Assembly: GCA_034431195.1 (NCBI GenBank) | Contig: DAOUDP010000025.1 | Location: forward strand, 20,220 to 84,219 | Length of the DNA stretch: 64,000 nucleotides | Direction: 5' to 3' | DNA from: Dehalococcoidia bacterium | GTDB lineage: Bacteria; Chloroflexota; Dehalococcoidia; GIF9; AB-539-J10 | In this document: positions 38,349 to 47,948 of the stretch, one piece after another | Position numbering within the stretch: the first letter of the stretch is position 1 | Layout of the letters: the number at the start of each line of letters is the position of its first letter | Position numbers and translations under genes: made by a program | Notes under the pieces: model-generated | What the model was told of the DNA's origin: nothing | Databases searched by the model: none | Seen by the model: only the letters and a program-made list of their open reading frames with translations

Positions 38349-39246
38349 ATCACTTTTTGAGGAAAGACTCAATTCCGGTAAGTTTTTGGTGACCACTGAG
38401 ATTGGGCCTCCCAAGGGAACAGACATCTCAGAAATGGTTCACCATATAGAGCTACTTAAGGATAAGGTTGATGCTATTAATGTCACCGACCATCAAAGTT
38501 CCGTGATGAGGTTCCCTTCCTTGGGTGGCTGTCTCTTGGTGAGGGAACATGGTGGTGAACCTGTATTTCAGATGACCACCCGTGACCGCAATCGCCTGGC
38601 GCTTCAAGCCGACCTCCTTTTGGCATATTCCAGGGGCATCAGGAATGTGCTTTGCCTCACTGGCGATTCTGTTGATGTCGGCGACCACAAGGAAGCAAAA
38701 CCAGTGTTTGACCTGGATTCTGTGCAGCTATTAAGAATGATCAGGATAATGGAATCAGGGAAAGATCTAGCAGGGAATGATCTCAAGGGCGCCCCAGAAT
38801 TCTGTATCGGTGCCTCAGTTCACCCCGCGACAGATTCCATCGAGCCACAACTTATCAAGTTTGACAAGAAACTGGAGGCCGGGGCGCAGTTCTTCCAGAC
38901 CCAGGGCGTATATGACCTAGATTGCCTCCGCAGGTTCATGCAGTATGCCTCCCAATTTAACGTCAAAATCCTGGCAGGCATTATAGTTCTGGCTTCAGCG
39001 AGGATGGCTCAGTATATGAACGACAATGTCCCTGGGATAGTTGTTCCCCAAGCTGTAATCGATGAGCTGGCTGGTGCAGAAAAGGGCAAGGGACTTCAGA
39101 AGGGCATTGAAATTGCTGTGCGGTTGATGAAGATGATAAAGGACGAGAATTTGTGCCATGGAGTTCATATTATGGCGGTAGGGAGGGAAGGCATTGTCCC
39201 CGATATTTTGGAGGCTGCTGGACTGGAAGTCAGCGTGCACGTTTAA
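38341..39246 (+). CDS. metF: 5,10-methylenetetrahydrofolate reductase
   Basis: TEIGPPKG, NVTD, RDRNR.ALQ, NVLCLTGD, KKLEAGAQFFQTQ, GVHIMA; GGAGG RBS, ATG 38341. Confidence 0.93.
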   Translation: MAKSLFEERLNSGKFLVTTEIGPPKGTDISEMVHHIELLKDKVDAINVTDHQSSVMRFPSLGGCLLVREHGGEPVFQMTTRDRNRLALQADLLLAYSRGIRNVLCLTGDSVDVGDHKEAKPVFDLDSVQLLRMIRIMESGKDLAGNDLKGAPEFCIGASVHPATDSIEPQLIKFDKKLEAGAQFFQTQGVYDLDCLRRFMQYASQFNVKILAGIIVLASARMAQYMNDNVPGIVVPQAVIDELAGAEKGKGLQKGIEIAVRLMKMIKDENLCHGVHIMAVGREGIVPDILEAAGLEVSVHV

Positions 39247-39320
39247 TTTTTAGCGAAAATGGCTCGTGGGTCGAGCGGGCTAATCAAGTCTAAGGAGGGA
39301 GGAAAGGAGGGAAAATAATA

Positions 39321-40121
39321 ATGGGAAACGCCAAAAAAGTCTTAATCGTAGACGATGAACCCGATTTTCTGTTAGCTTTGCAGAGGACTATGGAAGCAAG
39401 ACAATATCAGGTTACTACTGCCAGCAACAAGGCAGAGGCACAGGAAGGAATCAAGAAAGAGGAGCCCGATATCATCATTCTGGGCACAATGACTCCCCGT
39501 GGAGAAGCATTCTCGCTGCATCAATGGTTAAGGCAACATCCCGGGACTAGGGACTTGCCTATCCTGGTGGTCGACGCTGCCCCGGAAAGGCAACTTATCA
39601 AGGGGTGGAGAAGGGACGAGGCTGTGATGATGGAGGCTGAGGACTACATAACCAAGCCGATTGAACCAGCTTCACTAGCGCTTCGAACCCAGGCGATACT
39701 GGAGAGAGCAGCCAAACGGATAAAAGTGCTCATAGTGGATGACCATTCTGTGGTCAGGGATGGGGTTCGTGCTGTGCTCATGCTGCAAAAAGACATTGAG
39801 GTAGTAGGTGAAGCTGTGGATGGGAAAGATGCAGTGGAGAAAACAGGCCAGCTCTTGCCTGACGTGGTGGTAATGGACATAGTCATGCCTGTAATGGACG
39901 GGTTAGAGGCCACTAAGCAGATATACAAGGAATATCCTCAAATCAGAGTTGTGATGCTGTCACAGTACGATGACGAGGAGAACGTCGCTGCCGCTGAGCA
40001 GATAGGAGCCTATGGATTCATCCCTAAGAGGGCGGCCAGCTCCCAACTCATAAATGGCATAAAAACCATATACTATATGGGAGAGCATCTCCAGAGACCC
40101 GCAAAAGTTTCTAGCGACTGA
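39321..40121 (+). CDS. Tandem receiver (REC-REC) protein without output domain
   Basis: N-terminal VLIVDD...IIILGTMTP (no phospho-Asp); C-terminal VLIVDDH...VVVMDIVMP. Confidence 0.85.
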   Translation: MGNAKKVLIVDDEPDFLLALQRTMEARQYQVTTASNKAEAQEGIKKEEPDIIILGTMTPRGEAFSLHQWLRQHPGTRDLPILVVDAAPERQLIKGWRRDEAVMMEAEDYITKPIEPASLALRTQAILERAAKRIKVLIVDDHSVVRDGVRAVLMLQKDIEVVGEAVDGKDAVEKTGQLLPDVVVMDIVMPVMDGLEATKQIYKEYPQIRVVMLSQYDDEENVAAAEQIGAYGFIPKRAASSQLINGIKTIYYMGEHLQRPAKVSSD

Positions 40122-40253
40122 CGGCACCTAGCAAACAATGTTAGGCTCAGTGCCACCTTGGAGCAGTGTAGCCTTGGAATTAGTGATTAAGAAATTTTGC
40201 CAAAAATCTAGCCATTTTTGCCTTAAGACTCTTATCCTCAGAGCATTTTTTAA

Positions 40254-41784
40254 CCTGAATTTGGATATCCTATCTTTTCATCAATGAGGCAAAAAACTTC
40301 TTTCCCTGTACCAAATAGGGTCAATTTCTGATGAAAAGCGAAACCGCCCTCCCCCTACTTTATAAGGGCATCAAGAAGGGGGTTTATCCTTTAAAGGCTA
40401 GCCATAAGCTAATTCATAGCATCTCAAGCGAAATTTGCAGAACAGAATTACCTTGTCTAATGCTGATAGCTTAAGCAGCATCTGGTGGGCATGCTTGACT
40501 ACTGTCCCTGCTCCTTGATAAAGCCTCCATCTTGCTGTTGAGATGGTAAAGGTGCGATGCCATGGTGGTAAAGCCAGTAGCTTCATGGCTAAAAAGAGGT
40601 TATAGGCGATAATTCCTATCCTGAGGAACACTGCGTTGGCATAAGTCTCACCACAGGGCATCCAGTTCATACCAAAGCCATCCTTTAGTTTCTTAATGAA
40701 ATTCTCTGCTCGTCCTCTTTGGTTACGGAGATGCACTATATCCTCAGTCGGCTCCTCTCTATTGGTGGCGATGACATGATAGGAGTAGGGGTTAGAATCA
40801 AATAGCTCTCCCTGTAGTTTTGGCCAGCGTTGCACTACAAGCCGAAATGCTTCCCTCGTATTATTCATGGTGTGAATTGTCTTAGCTATCTCTCCGCCTC
40901 CCTCATAAGACTGCCAACCTTCTTCCCCTATACTTTTAATAGTCCCCTTCACTGCTTTGTCCTGATCGGCAGTCATAGTAAAAAGTATGTCATGCTCAAA
41001 GCAGTAGTTTATTACTGCAGCCTGACAAGCAGCGCTATCTGAACGATAATATCTTATCCTCTTCCCCTGAAGCATAATATTTTCACAGTACTTGATAAAC
41101 TCTAACGCTCCAGCCTCAGCAGGAACATTCTCGTCACGAAATTCATCTCCTGAGGCCAAACTTGGTTCGAAAAGGAAGCCTGAAAGGGGTTGATAACCCT
41201 TTTCTTTTTTATAACTCCATTTTGCCTCTTCCTTCTCTGCTTCTATTACTGTAGCATCAGTGTCCAGGGTATATTCTTTTCTCGGTTCTCTGTTTAATGC
41301 CTCATTCACCATATGTCTATTTAGCCTAGCTAGTCCGAGAAGTCCTCTACCATCCTGACCCATGCGTCTTAGCCAATCCCCTACAGTGCACGAGGCAGGA
41401 AGCTCTTTCGTCTCCACTAGTCCCCTCAGGCTTATCTCAGCCTTTAGTTCCCTCAAATCTTCAAGTTTCTTCCCACCTCCGTGAAGCGTCAGCACCAGAG
41501 CTATAACAAATTGAGATGGCTTATATCCTCGACCACTAGCTGGTTTTGGTAATTCACTATCCATAACCTTTGGTAACTTCAGTGCTTTTGCTAGCTCGTA
41601 AGGAGCACTAAGCCGCCTCTGGCAGCTAAAGGTTCATCTGTTGCTACTAGCTTGAAGGGTAGAATCCCTTCCCTATGCCTTTTAGTCATTTTTCACCTCC
41701 AGGGTTGCCTAATTTTGCTGCTTACTATAATACAATTGCCAGGCCTCTTGTAGCTAAAATGAGCTCGCAATCGCTGATTTCAGG
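40254..41784 (-). mobile_element. IS1380-family insertion sequence (about 1.53 kb)
   Basis: Ends CCTGAATT.. (40254) and ..ATTTCAGG (41784) share CCTGAA-T; encloses a DDE transposase; no TSD seen. Confidence 0.7.
40398..41689 (-). pseudogene. IS1380-family DDE transposase, frameshifted near codon 29
   Basis: GGAGGTG RBS + MTKRHREGILPFKL..ARGGLVL, then frameshift to YELAKALKLPKVMDSELP; LDTDAT, RSDSA, RGRAENFIK, NAVFL motifs. Confidence 0.8.
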
Positions 41785-41917
41785 ATGGTGTGCTCAGTTG
41801 CGGGCTGGGGGCCTTATTGCTACAATTACCTTTGATGGAAGGGGTGGTGCTAGGTAGTTAAGCTGAAAGCAAGTTTGAAAGTTCTACCTATTGTAACCCC
41901 AGCTCCATTAGGATGAA

Positions 41918-42958
41918 TTGATGGGAAGCAGCAAGAGGTTAGCTGAAGATTTCCAATCTTACCAGCAGAGGATAGAAGCAGGGCTGAAGGAGATTATTGG
42001 TAGCAATCCTCTCACTTTTTATGATGTATTGCGATACCACATGGGGTGGCAGGATGAGCAGGGTTGCCCTTGCCATCGGGAAGCGGGGAAGTTTATTCGT
42101 CCTCTCCTTTGCTTGCTTAGTTGCCAGGCAGTAGGAGGGGATGCAAGGCGGATAATGCCTGCCGCGGCAGCGCTAGAGCTCATTCATAATTTCTCCTTGA
42201 TTCACGATGATATTCAAGATGCTAGCTCCGAACGCCATCACCGTCCCAGTGTGTGGAAGATATGGGGTCAGTCACAGGCGATAAACGCCGGCGATGCCAT
42301 GTTTGCCCTGGCCTTCTCAGCCTTGTTCAAACTAAGGTATAATGGTATAGACGAGCAAAAGGTAGTGACTGCGGCTCAGTTATTAAATAAGGCTTGCCTG
42401 GAGCTTTGTGAGGGGCAATATCTTGATATTGCTTATCAAAGCCGTCTTGATGTCACTATGAAGGACTATCTTGATATGATAGCTAAGAAGACAGCAGCGT
42501 TAATGGCAGCATCAACTGCTATAGGGGCATGTTTGGCTGCGGATGGTGATAAGGTGGTGGATTCTCTCTATGGGTTTGGTAAAGAGCTGGGTATGGCTTA
42601 TCAAATTCAGGATGATGTATTGGGTATCTGGGGAAAGGAGGAGGAGATCGGGAAGCCGGTGAAAGAAGATATTTCACGGAGGAAGAAAACATTACCGGTG
42701 GTCTACGCCTTTGAGAATTGTGAGGATAGTGGCCGTGAAAAACTAGAGGAGCTTTACTCACAGGAAGTTATTTCAAATGATGATGTTGCCATAGTGGTGG
42801 AAATCTTGGACTGCTCAGGGGCGCGCAAACATGGTGAAAAGTTGATACGACGATATCATCGTCAAGCTCTGGCGAAATTGGGAATAAGCAGTTTAGATTT
42901 GTCATGTCGGACTCCGTTAAAGGAGATGGCGAGCTTTTTGTTGGAACGCGACTACTAG
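41918..42958 (+). CDS. Polyprenyl (geranylgeranyl) diphosphate synthase
   Basis: GKFIRP, HNFSLIHDDIQD..RH, NAGD, GQYLD, KTA, QIQDD.LG, KKTLP. Confidence 0.93.
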   Translation: MMGSSKRLAEDFQSYQQRIEAGLKEIIGSNPLTFYDVLRYHMGWQDEQGCPCHREAGKFIRPLLCLLSCQAVGGDARRIMPAAAALELIHNFSLIHDDIQDASSERHHRPSVWKIWGQSQAINAGDAMFALAFSALFKLRYNGIDEQKVVTAAQLLNKACLELCEGQYLDIAYQSRLDVTMKDYLDMIAKKTAALMAASTAIGACLAADGDKVVDSLYGFGKELGMAYQIQDDVLGIWGKEEEIGKPVKEDISRRKKTLPVVYAFENCEDSGREKLEELYSQEVISNDDVAIVVEILDCSGARKHGEKLIRRYHRQALAKLGISSLDLSCRTPLKEMASFLLERDY

Positions 42959-42966
42959 GTACAGAG

Positions 42967-44166
42967 ATGCAAAAAAAGACTGTTAAAGGTATGTCCGTTG
43001 AAGGGAAGAGGGTTTTAGTTAGGGTTGATTTCAATGTGCCACTGGATATGGAGACAGGTGCCATTACCGACGATAGTCGTATACAAGCATCACTGCCCAC
43101 CATTAGGTATCTTGTTACGCATAGGGCAAAGGTAATACTTTGCTCTCATCTAGGGCGTCCTAAAGGCAAAGTTGTTGAAGAATTACGGATGGCGCCGATA
43201 GCGCGACGGTTGTCAGAACTTCTGGAGTTGCCCGTTGCGGCCGCTGATGGTTGTGTGGGTGAAGAGGTGAAAAGCAAGGTGGAAATGCTTGGGGAGGGAG
43301 ACGTCCTCCTTTTGGAAAACCTCCGGTTTCACCCTGAGGAAGTGGCAAACGATCCCTCCTTCGCTAAAGAGCTGGCTGAGTTAGCTGATCTATATGTCGA
43401 TGATGCCTTTGCAACCAGCCACAGAGCACATGCGTCTACCGTTGGTGTGGCTCAATATTTGCCAGCAGTGGCTGGTTTTCTGTTGGAGAAGGAATTGCAA
43501 GTATTAGGCTGTTTATTAAGCGAGCCAAAACGCCCATTTGGTTGTGTGGTAGGTGGTGCCAAGGTGAGCGACAAAATGGGGTTACTACAGAACATGTTAA
43601 GATGGGTAGATGTCTTACTTATCGGTGGTGGCATGGCAGCTACTTTTTTGAAGGCGCAGGGGTATGAGGTGGGCAATTCCCCTGTGGAGGAGGACAAGCT
43701 GGATCTAGCTAAGGAGTTATTGCAGGAGGCAGGTGGAGAGTGGACTGCCAAGATTTTGTTACCTGTAGATGTGGTGGTAGCACCAGCAATTACCCGTGGT
43801 ATTAGCAGCCAGCTTGTGTCTATAGAGGGGCTTCCAGCTAATAGTTTCATCGTAGATATTGGAGCAAACACCATTGTGCTTTTTTCAGATGTGTTGGGAA
43901 GATGCCACACCGTTGTATGGAATGGTCCTGTGGGTGTTTGTGAAATGCCTCCCTTTGACCACGGCACCAGGTCATTGGTGAGTGTTCTTTCCACTCTCAG
44001 TAATGCCACCACTATCATCGGGGGTGGCTCCAGCGCCGAGGTGGTTCAGGAAATGGGGTTAGTTGATAGAATGACTCATGTCTCTACAGGTGGTGGGGCA
44101 AGTTTGAGGTTTCTGGAGGGTGCTCCTTTGCCTGGGGTAGAAGCCCTGTTGGATCAGGAAGAATAA
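42967..44166 (+). CDS. pgk: Phosphoglycerate kinase
   Basis: RVDFNVP, SHLGRP, LENLRF, DAFATSHRAHAS, GGAKVSDK, WNGP, STGGGASL; ATG 42967. Confidence 0.97.
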   Translation: MQKKTVKGMSVEGKRVLVRVDFNVPLDMETGAITDDSRIQASLPTIRYLVTHRAKVILCSHLGRPKGKVVEELRMAPIARRLSELLELPVAAADGCVGEEVKSKVEMLGEGDVLLLENLRFHPEEVANDPSFAKELAELADLYVDDAFATSHRAHASTVGVAQYLPAVAGFLLEKELQVLGCLLSEPKRPFGCVVGGAKVSDKMGLLQNMLRWVDVLLIGGGMAATFLKAQGYEVGNSPVEEDKLDLAKELLQEAGGEWTAKILLPVDVVVAPAITRGISSQLVSIEGLPANSFIVDIGANTIVLFSDVLGRCHTVVWNGPVGVCEMPPFDHGTRSLVSVLSTLSNATTIIGGGSSAEVVQEMGLVDRMTHVSTGGGASLRFLEGAPLPGVEALLDQEE

Positions 44167-44178
44167 TAGGACTCTATC

Positions 44179-44946
44179 ATGCGCATTCCTTTAATTGCCG
44201 GTAATTGGAAGATGAACACCACGGTAGCTGAAGCTGAGGAACTTGCTTCTTCTATGCGAGCGAAGTTGGATAAAATAGAAGGGATAGAGAAAGTAGTCTG
44301 TCCGCCGTTTATTTCTTTAACTGCAGTGGGCAGGATACTCCAGGGTTCCTCTGTGAGGTTGGGGGCTCAAAATATGTATTTTGAAGTGAGGGGGGCTTAC
44401 ACTGGGGAGATATCTCCGACAATGCTTAAAGGGCTCGTGGAATTCGTTATCTTAGGGCATTCTGAGAGGCGCTCGTGCTTTGTCGAGACAGATGAGGTAA
44501 TTAGTAAGAAAGTGCAAGCTGCTCTGGATTTCGGACTGAAGCCTATCTTGTGTGTTGGTGAAAGGCTTGAGGAAAATGAAGCTGGTGAAACAGAACGGGT
44601 TATCACTAAACAATTAACGGAAAGTCTAGGTGGCATAAAACCCACCATTAATTTAATTGTCGCCTATGAGCCGGTATGGGCTATTGGCACAGGCAGGGCG
44701 GCTGACGGGTTAACCGCGAAAACCACCATTAAATGTATTCGGGATATCCTTGCCAAGCTTTGGGGTAGCGATGTGGCTCAAGAAGTGCGTGTTCTCTACG
44801 GCGGTAGTGTTACTAGCAACAACATTGCCGAGTTTGTTTCCCAGTCTGAAATCGATGGTGCTTTAGTTGGTGGTGCGAGCCTTAAAGCCGATGAGTTTCC
44901 GAGCATTGTGAGTCAATCGTCCGTGATTAAAAGGCAGGGGGCTTAG
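44179..44946 (+). CDS. tpiA: Triosephosphate isomerase
   Basis: AGNWKMN, GHSERR, AYEPVWAIGTG, YGGSV, LVGGASL. Confidence 0.98.
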   Translation: MRIPLIAGNWKMNTTVAEAEELASSMRAKLDKIEGIEKVVCPPFISLTAVGRILQGSSVRLGAQNMYFEVRGAYTGEISPTMLKGLVEFVILGHSERRSCFVETDEVISKKVQAALDFGLKPILCVGERLEENEAGETERVITKQLTESLGGIKPTINLIVAYEPVWAIGTGRAADGLTAKTTIKCIRDILAKLWGSDVAQEVRVLYGGSVTSNNIAEFVSQSEIDGALVGGASLKADEFPSIVSQSSVIKRQGA

Positions 44947-44964
44947 CTAAAGAGCGTCGAGGCG

Positions 44965-45876
44965 ATGAGATGTCTTGTTGCTATTGTTGGTCCTACAGCG
45001 ATAGGTAAAAGCAAGCTTGCCCTTCGATTAGCTTCCGATCTTGGGGCGGAATTAGTAGGTGCCGATAGCCGCCAGGTTTATCGGTATATGGATATCGGCA
45101 CCAACAAACCTACGCTGGAGGAACAAAAGTCAATTCCTCATCATCTCATTGACGTAGTGAATCCCGATGATGATTTTAACTTGGCGAACTATCTCCACAT
45201 GGCTCGCCGGGTAATCCAGGATATCCAGCAGAGGGGTAAGTTGCCGTTGCTGGTAGGAGGTAGTGGCCTTTATGTCTGGTCGATAATCGAGGGTTGGAAA
45301 ATTCCTAACGTTCCTCCCAACCGAGACTTAAGGCGGAAACTGGAAATTAAAGCGAGGAAGCAGGGCAGTCACGCTCTTTACCAGCAATTGCATGAAATTG
45401 ACCCTGTGATAACGGAAAAGATAGACCCCCGTAATATACGTCGTGTCATAAGAGCTTTGGAAATCCATCAGCTGTCTGGGCAACTCCCTTCGCTAATCAG
45501 GCAAAAACAGGCGCCCCATTCCCCCATTTTAGTTATTGGTTTGACTGCAGAAAGAAGCGAACTTTACCACAAAATTGACCAGCGAGTGGATAAAATGATT
45601 AATAGAGGATTAGTCGAAGAGGTAAAGGAGCTGATGCACAAAGGTTATAGCCTTTCCTTGCCTTCAATGTCTGGCATAGGCTATAAACAGGTTGGTGATT
45701 TTCTTTCTGGCAGCGTGTCGTTGCCTAAGGCAGTGGAGCGGATAAAGTATGAAACTCACCATTTGGCTCGTCATCAATATGCCTGGTTTCGTCCCAGCGA
45801 TGCTAGAATCAACTGGCTTGATGCCAATAATGCCAGGAAAAAGGCGAATGATTTAGTGGAGAGCTTTCTATCATGA
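44965..45876 (+). CDS. miaA: tRNA dimethylallyltransferase
   Basis: GPTAIGKS, ADSRQVY..MDIGT.KP, VGGSGLY, IGYKQ, ARHQYAWF. Confidence 0.96.
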   Translation: MRCLVAIVGPTAIGKSKLALRLASDLGAELVGADSRQVYRYMDIGTNKPTLEEQKSIPHHLIDVVNPDDDFNLANYLHMARRVIQDIQQRGKLPLLVGGSGLYVWSIIEGWKIPNVPPNRDLRRKLEIKARKQGSHALYQQLHEIDPVITEKIDPRNIRRVIRALEIHQLSGQLPSLIRQKQAPHSPILVIGLTAERSELYHKIDQRVDKMINRGLVEEVKELMHKGYSLSLPSMSGIGYKQVGDFLSGSVSLPKAVERIKYETHHLARHQYAWFRPSDARINWLDANNARKKANDLVESFLS

Positions 45877-46736
45877 AATTTCATAAGCTACAGGGTAGTG
45901 GCAACGATTTTATCCTTGTGGATGGCAGAGATGTGGAGCATGATTGGGCAGAATTGGCACGAGCCATGTGTCAACGCCACTTAGGTGTGGGAGGCGACGG
46001 ATTGCTGGTGGTGGAAAGGTCTAAAGTTGCTGATTTGAAGATGCGTGTTTTCAACCCCGATGGTTCTGAGGCTGAAGCATGTGGTAATGGACTAAGGTGT
46101 TTTGTTAAGTATGCTGTTGAACAGGAGATAGCGGATGAAGTGTCACTGCGAGCGGAGCCAAGCAATCCCTGTTTAACTGTAGAAACTCTAGCAGGTATCG
46201 GAAAGGCAAAAGCCTGTGTAGCGGCGAATAAAGTAACGTGGGTTGAGGTGAGTATGGGCATGCCTCGATTTGAGCCTCAACAGATTCCCATCAAAGGGGA
46301 AATTGATATAATACCAATATTGAACTATCCTTTAACCTTGGGCAAAAGGAAGTTGGGTTTGTCTCTTCTATCTACGGGAAATCCTCACGCGGTGTGCTTT
46401 GTCTCTGAACCGGTTGTCAAATTCCCATTAGGGAAAGTAGGTCCGAAGGTGGAGAAGCATCACATGTTTCCGCAAGGGACTAATTTTGAGATAGCAAGGA
46501 TTCTAGATAGAAGGAAGCTAGAAGCTAGAGTGTGGGAGCGTGGCGTCGGGGAGACTTTGGCTTGTGGCAGTGGTGCTTGTGCCATCGCTGTAGCTGCTCG
46601 TTTGCTCAATTATGTTGGCACGGATGTTGACATAATATTTCCAGGAGGAGCTTTAGCGGTATATTGGGATGGGAAAGGTGAGGTAATGCTTGGTGGTCCT
46701 GTGGAGGAAGTATTCACTGGAGAGTGGCTAAAATAA
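45873..46736 (+). CDS. dapF: Diaminopimelate epimerase
   Basis: GSGNDF, GGDG, NPDGSEAEACGNG, GNPHAV, NFE, ERGVGETLACGSGA. Confidence 0.96.
   Translation: MKFHKLQGSGNDFILVDGRDVEHDWAELARAMCQRHLGVGGDGLLVVERSKVADLKMRVFNPDGSEAEACGNGLRCFVKYAVEQEIADEVSLRAEPSNPCLTVETLAGIGKAKACVAANKVTWVEVSMGMPRFEPQQIPIKGEIDIIPILNYPLTLGKRKLGLSLLSTGNPHAVCFVSEPVVKFPLGKVGPKVEKHHMFPQGTNFEIARILDRRKLEARVWERGVGETLACGSGACAIAVAARLLNYVGTDVDIIFPGGALAVYWDGKGEVMLGGPVEEVFTGEWLK
46142..46169 (+). repeat. GTCATTGCGAG-family repeat inserted in-frame in dapF
   Basis: gtcactgcgagcggagccaagcaatccc is 23/28 identical to the reverse complement of 11601-11628; encodes VSLRAEPSNP. Confidence 0.7.
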
Positions 46737-46778
46737 GAAAAATTTGCATCACAATCCCGGCTATCTAGGGGGGAACTA

Positions 46779-47948
46779 ATGCAAGTGACTAAGCGGCTTG
46801 ATAGGTTACCTCGATATCTTTTTGTAGAAATTAACCGAAGGATTGCTGAAAAAAAGGCTGAGGGGGTGGATGTGATCAACTTTGCTGTTGGCGATCCTGA
46901 CTTACCCACGCCGTCTCATATTATTGAGTATATGTGTGAGGCAGCGCATGACCCTGTTAACCATCGTTATCCTGAAACCGCTGGCTTGCCTCAACTTCGC
47001 GAAGCCATTGCTGGATGGTATCGGAGGCGATTTGGGATTGCTCTGGACCCGAGTGGAGAAGTATTGCCACTCATTGGCTCGAAGGAAGGGATTGGACATA
47101 TAGCTTTAGTCTTTGTCGAGGCTGGAGACATAGCTTTAGTGCCTGACCCAGGTTATCCTGTTTACAGTATGGGAACCCTGTTGGCTGGTAGTGAACCGTA
47201 CTTCATGCCTTTGAAGGAGGAAAACGATTTCTTGCCTGATTTTGAAACTATCCCCGAGAATATAGCTAGGCGAGCAAAGCTCATGTGGCTAAACTATCCC
47301 AATAATCCCACCGGTGCTACCACTGAGCTTGATTTCTTTGAGAAAGCAGTTTCCTTTGCCAAGCAGCATAGCCTGGCAATATGTCACGATGCTGCCTACA
47401 CTGAGGTTGCCTTTGATGGCTATAAGCCACCGAGTTTCATGCAAGCCTCTGGGGCTAAGGAAGTAGGCGTGGAATTTCATTCTTTATCAAAAACGTACCA
47501 TATGACTGGCTGGCGAATAGGGATGGTGGTGGGCAATGCTGAAATGATAAATGCGTTGTTTCGAGTGAAGTGCAATCTGGATTCAGGTATTCCTCAGGCA
47601 ATCCAGCATGCTGCTATAAAGGCCCTAAACAGTTCTCAGGAGCATATTTCAGAGCACAATGCTATTTTGCAATGCCGCCGAGATAAGTTAATACAAGTTA
47701 TTAATCAGGTAGGGATGAGAGTGCGAGTTCCTAAAGCTACTTTCTATATTTGGGCGAGTATTCCTCAAGGTTACACCTCCATAGATTTTGCCGACAAGTT
47801 GCTTAATGAAGCTGGGGTAGCGGTGACTCCAGGCATTGGTTATGGAAAGAAGGGAGAAGGCTATATCAGGTTCTCCTTAACTCTTGCCGACGACAAATTG
47901 GAGCAAGGAATAGAACGATTACTATCCTGGCACGGGAGGCAAGAATAA
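46779..47948 (+). CDS. dapL: LL-diaminopimelate aminotransferase (class I/II)
   Basis: GDPD, YP...G...LR, GSKEG, PDPGYPVY, NYPNNPTG, HDAAY, SLSKTYHMTGWRIG; follows dapF. Confidence 0.88.
   Translation: MQVTKRLDRLPRYLFVEINRRIAEKKAEGVDVINFAVGDPDLPTPSHIIEYMCEAAHDPVNHRYPETAGLPQLREAIAGWYRRRFGIALDPSGEVLPLIGSKEGIGHIALVFVEAGDIALVPDPGYPVYSMGTLLAGSEPYFMPLKEENDFLPDFETIPENIARRAKLMWLNYPNNPTGATTELDFFEKAVSFAKQHSLAICHDAAYTEVAFDGYKPPSFMQASGAKEVGVEFHSLSKTYHMTGWRIGMVVGNAEMINALFRVKCNLDSGIPQAIQHAAIKALNSSQEHISEHNAILQCRRDKLIQVINQVGMRVRVPKATFYIWASIPQGYTSIDFADKLLNEAGVAVTPGIGYGKKGEGYIRFSLTLADDKLEQGIERLLSWHGRQE

Noticed and set aside
41661-41674. GAATCCCTTCCC as attR copy of the tRNA-Leu 3' end
   Set aside because: Short, gapped match lying inside the transposase 5' coding sequence
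40247-41790. Target-site duplication for IS1380
   Set aside because: The flanks (TTTTAA / ATGGTG) do not match
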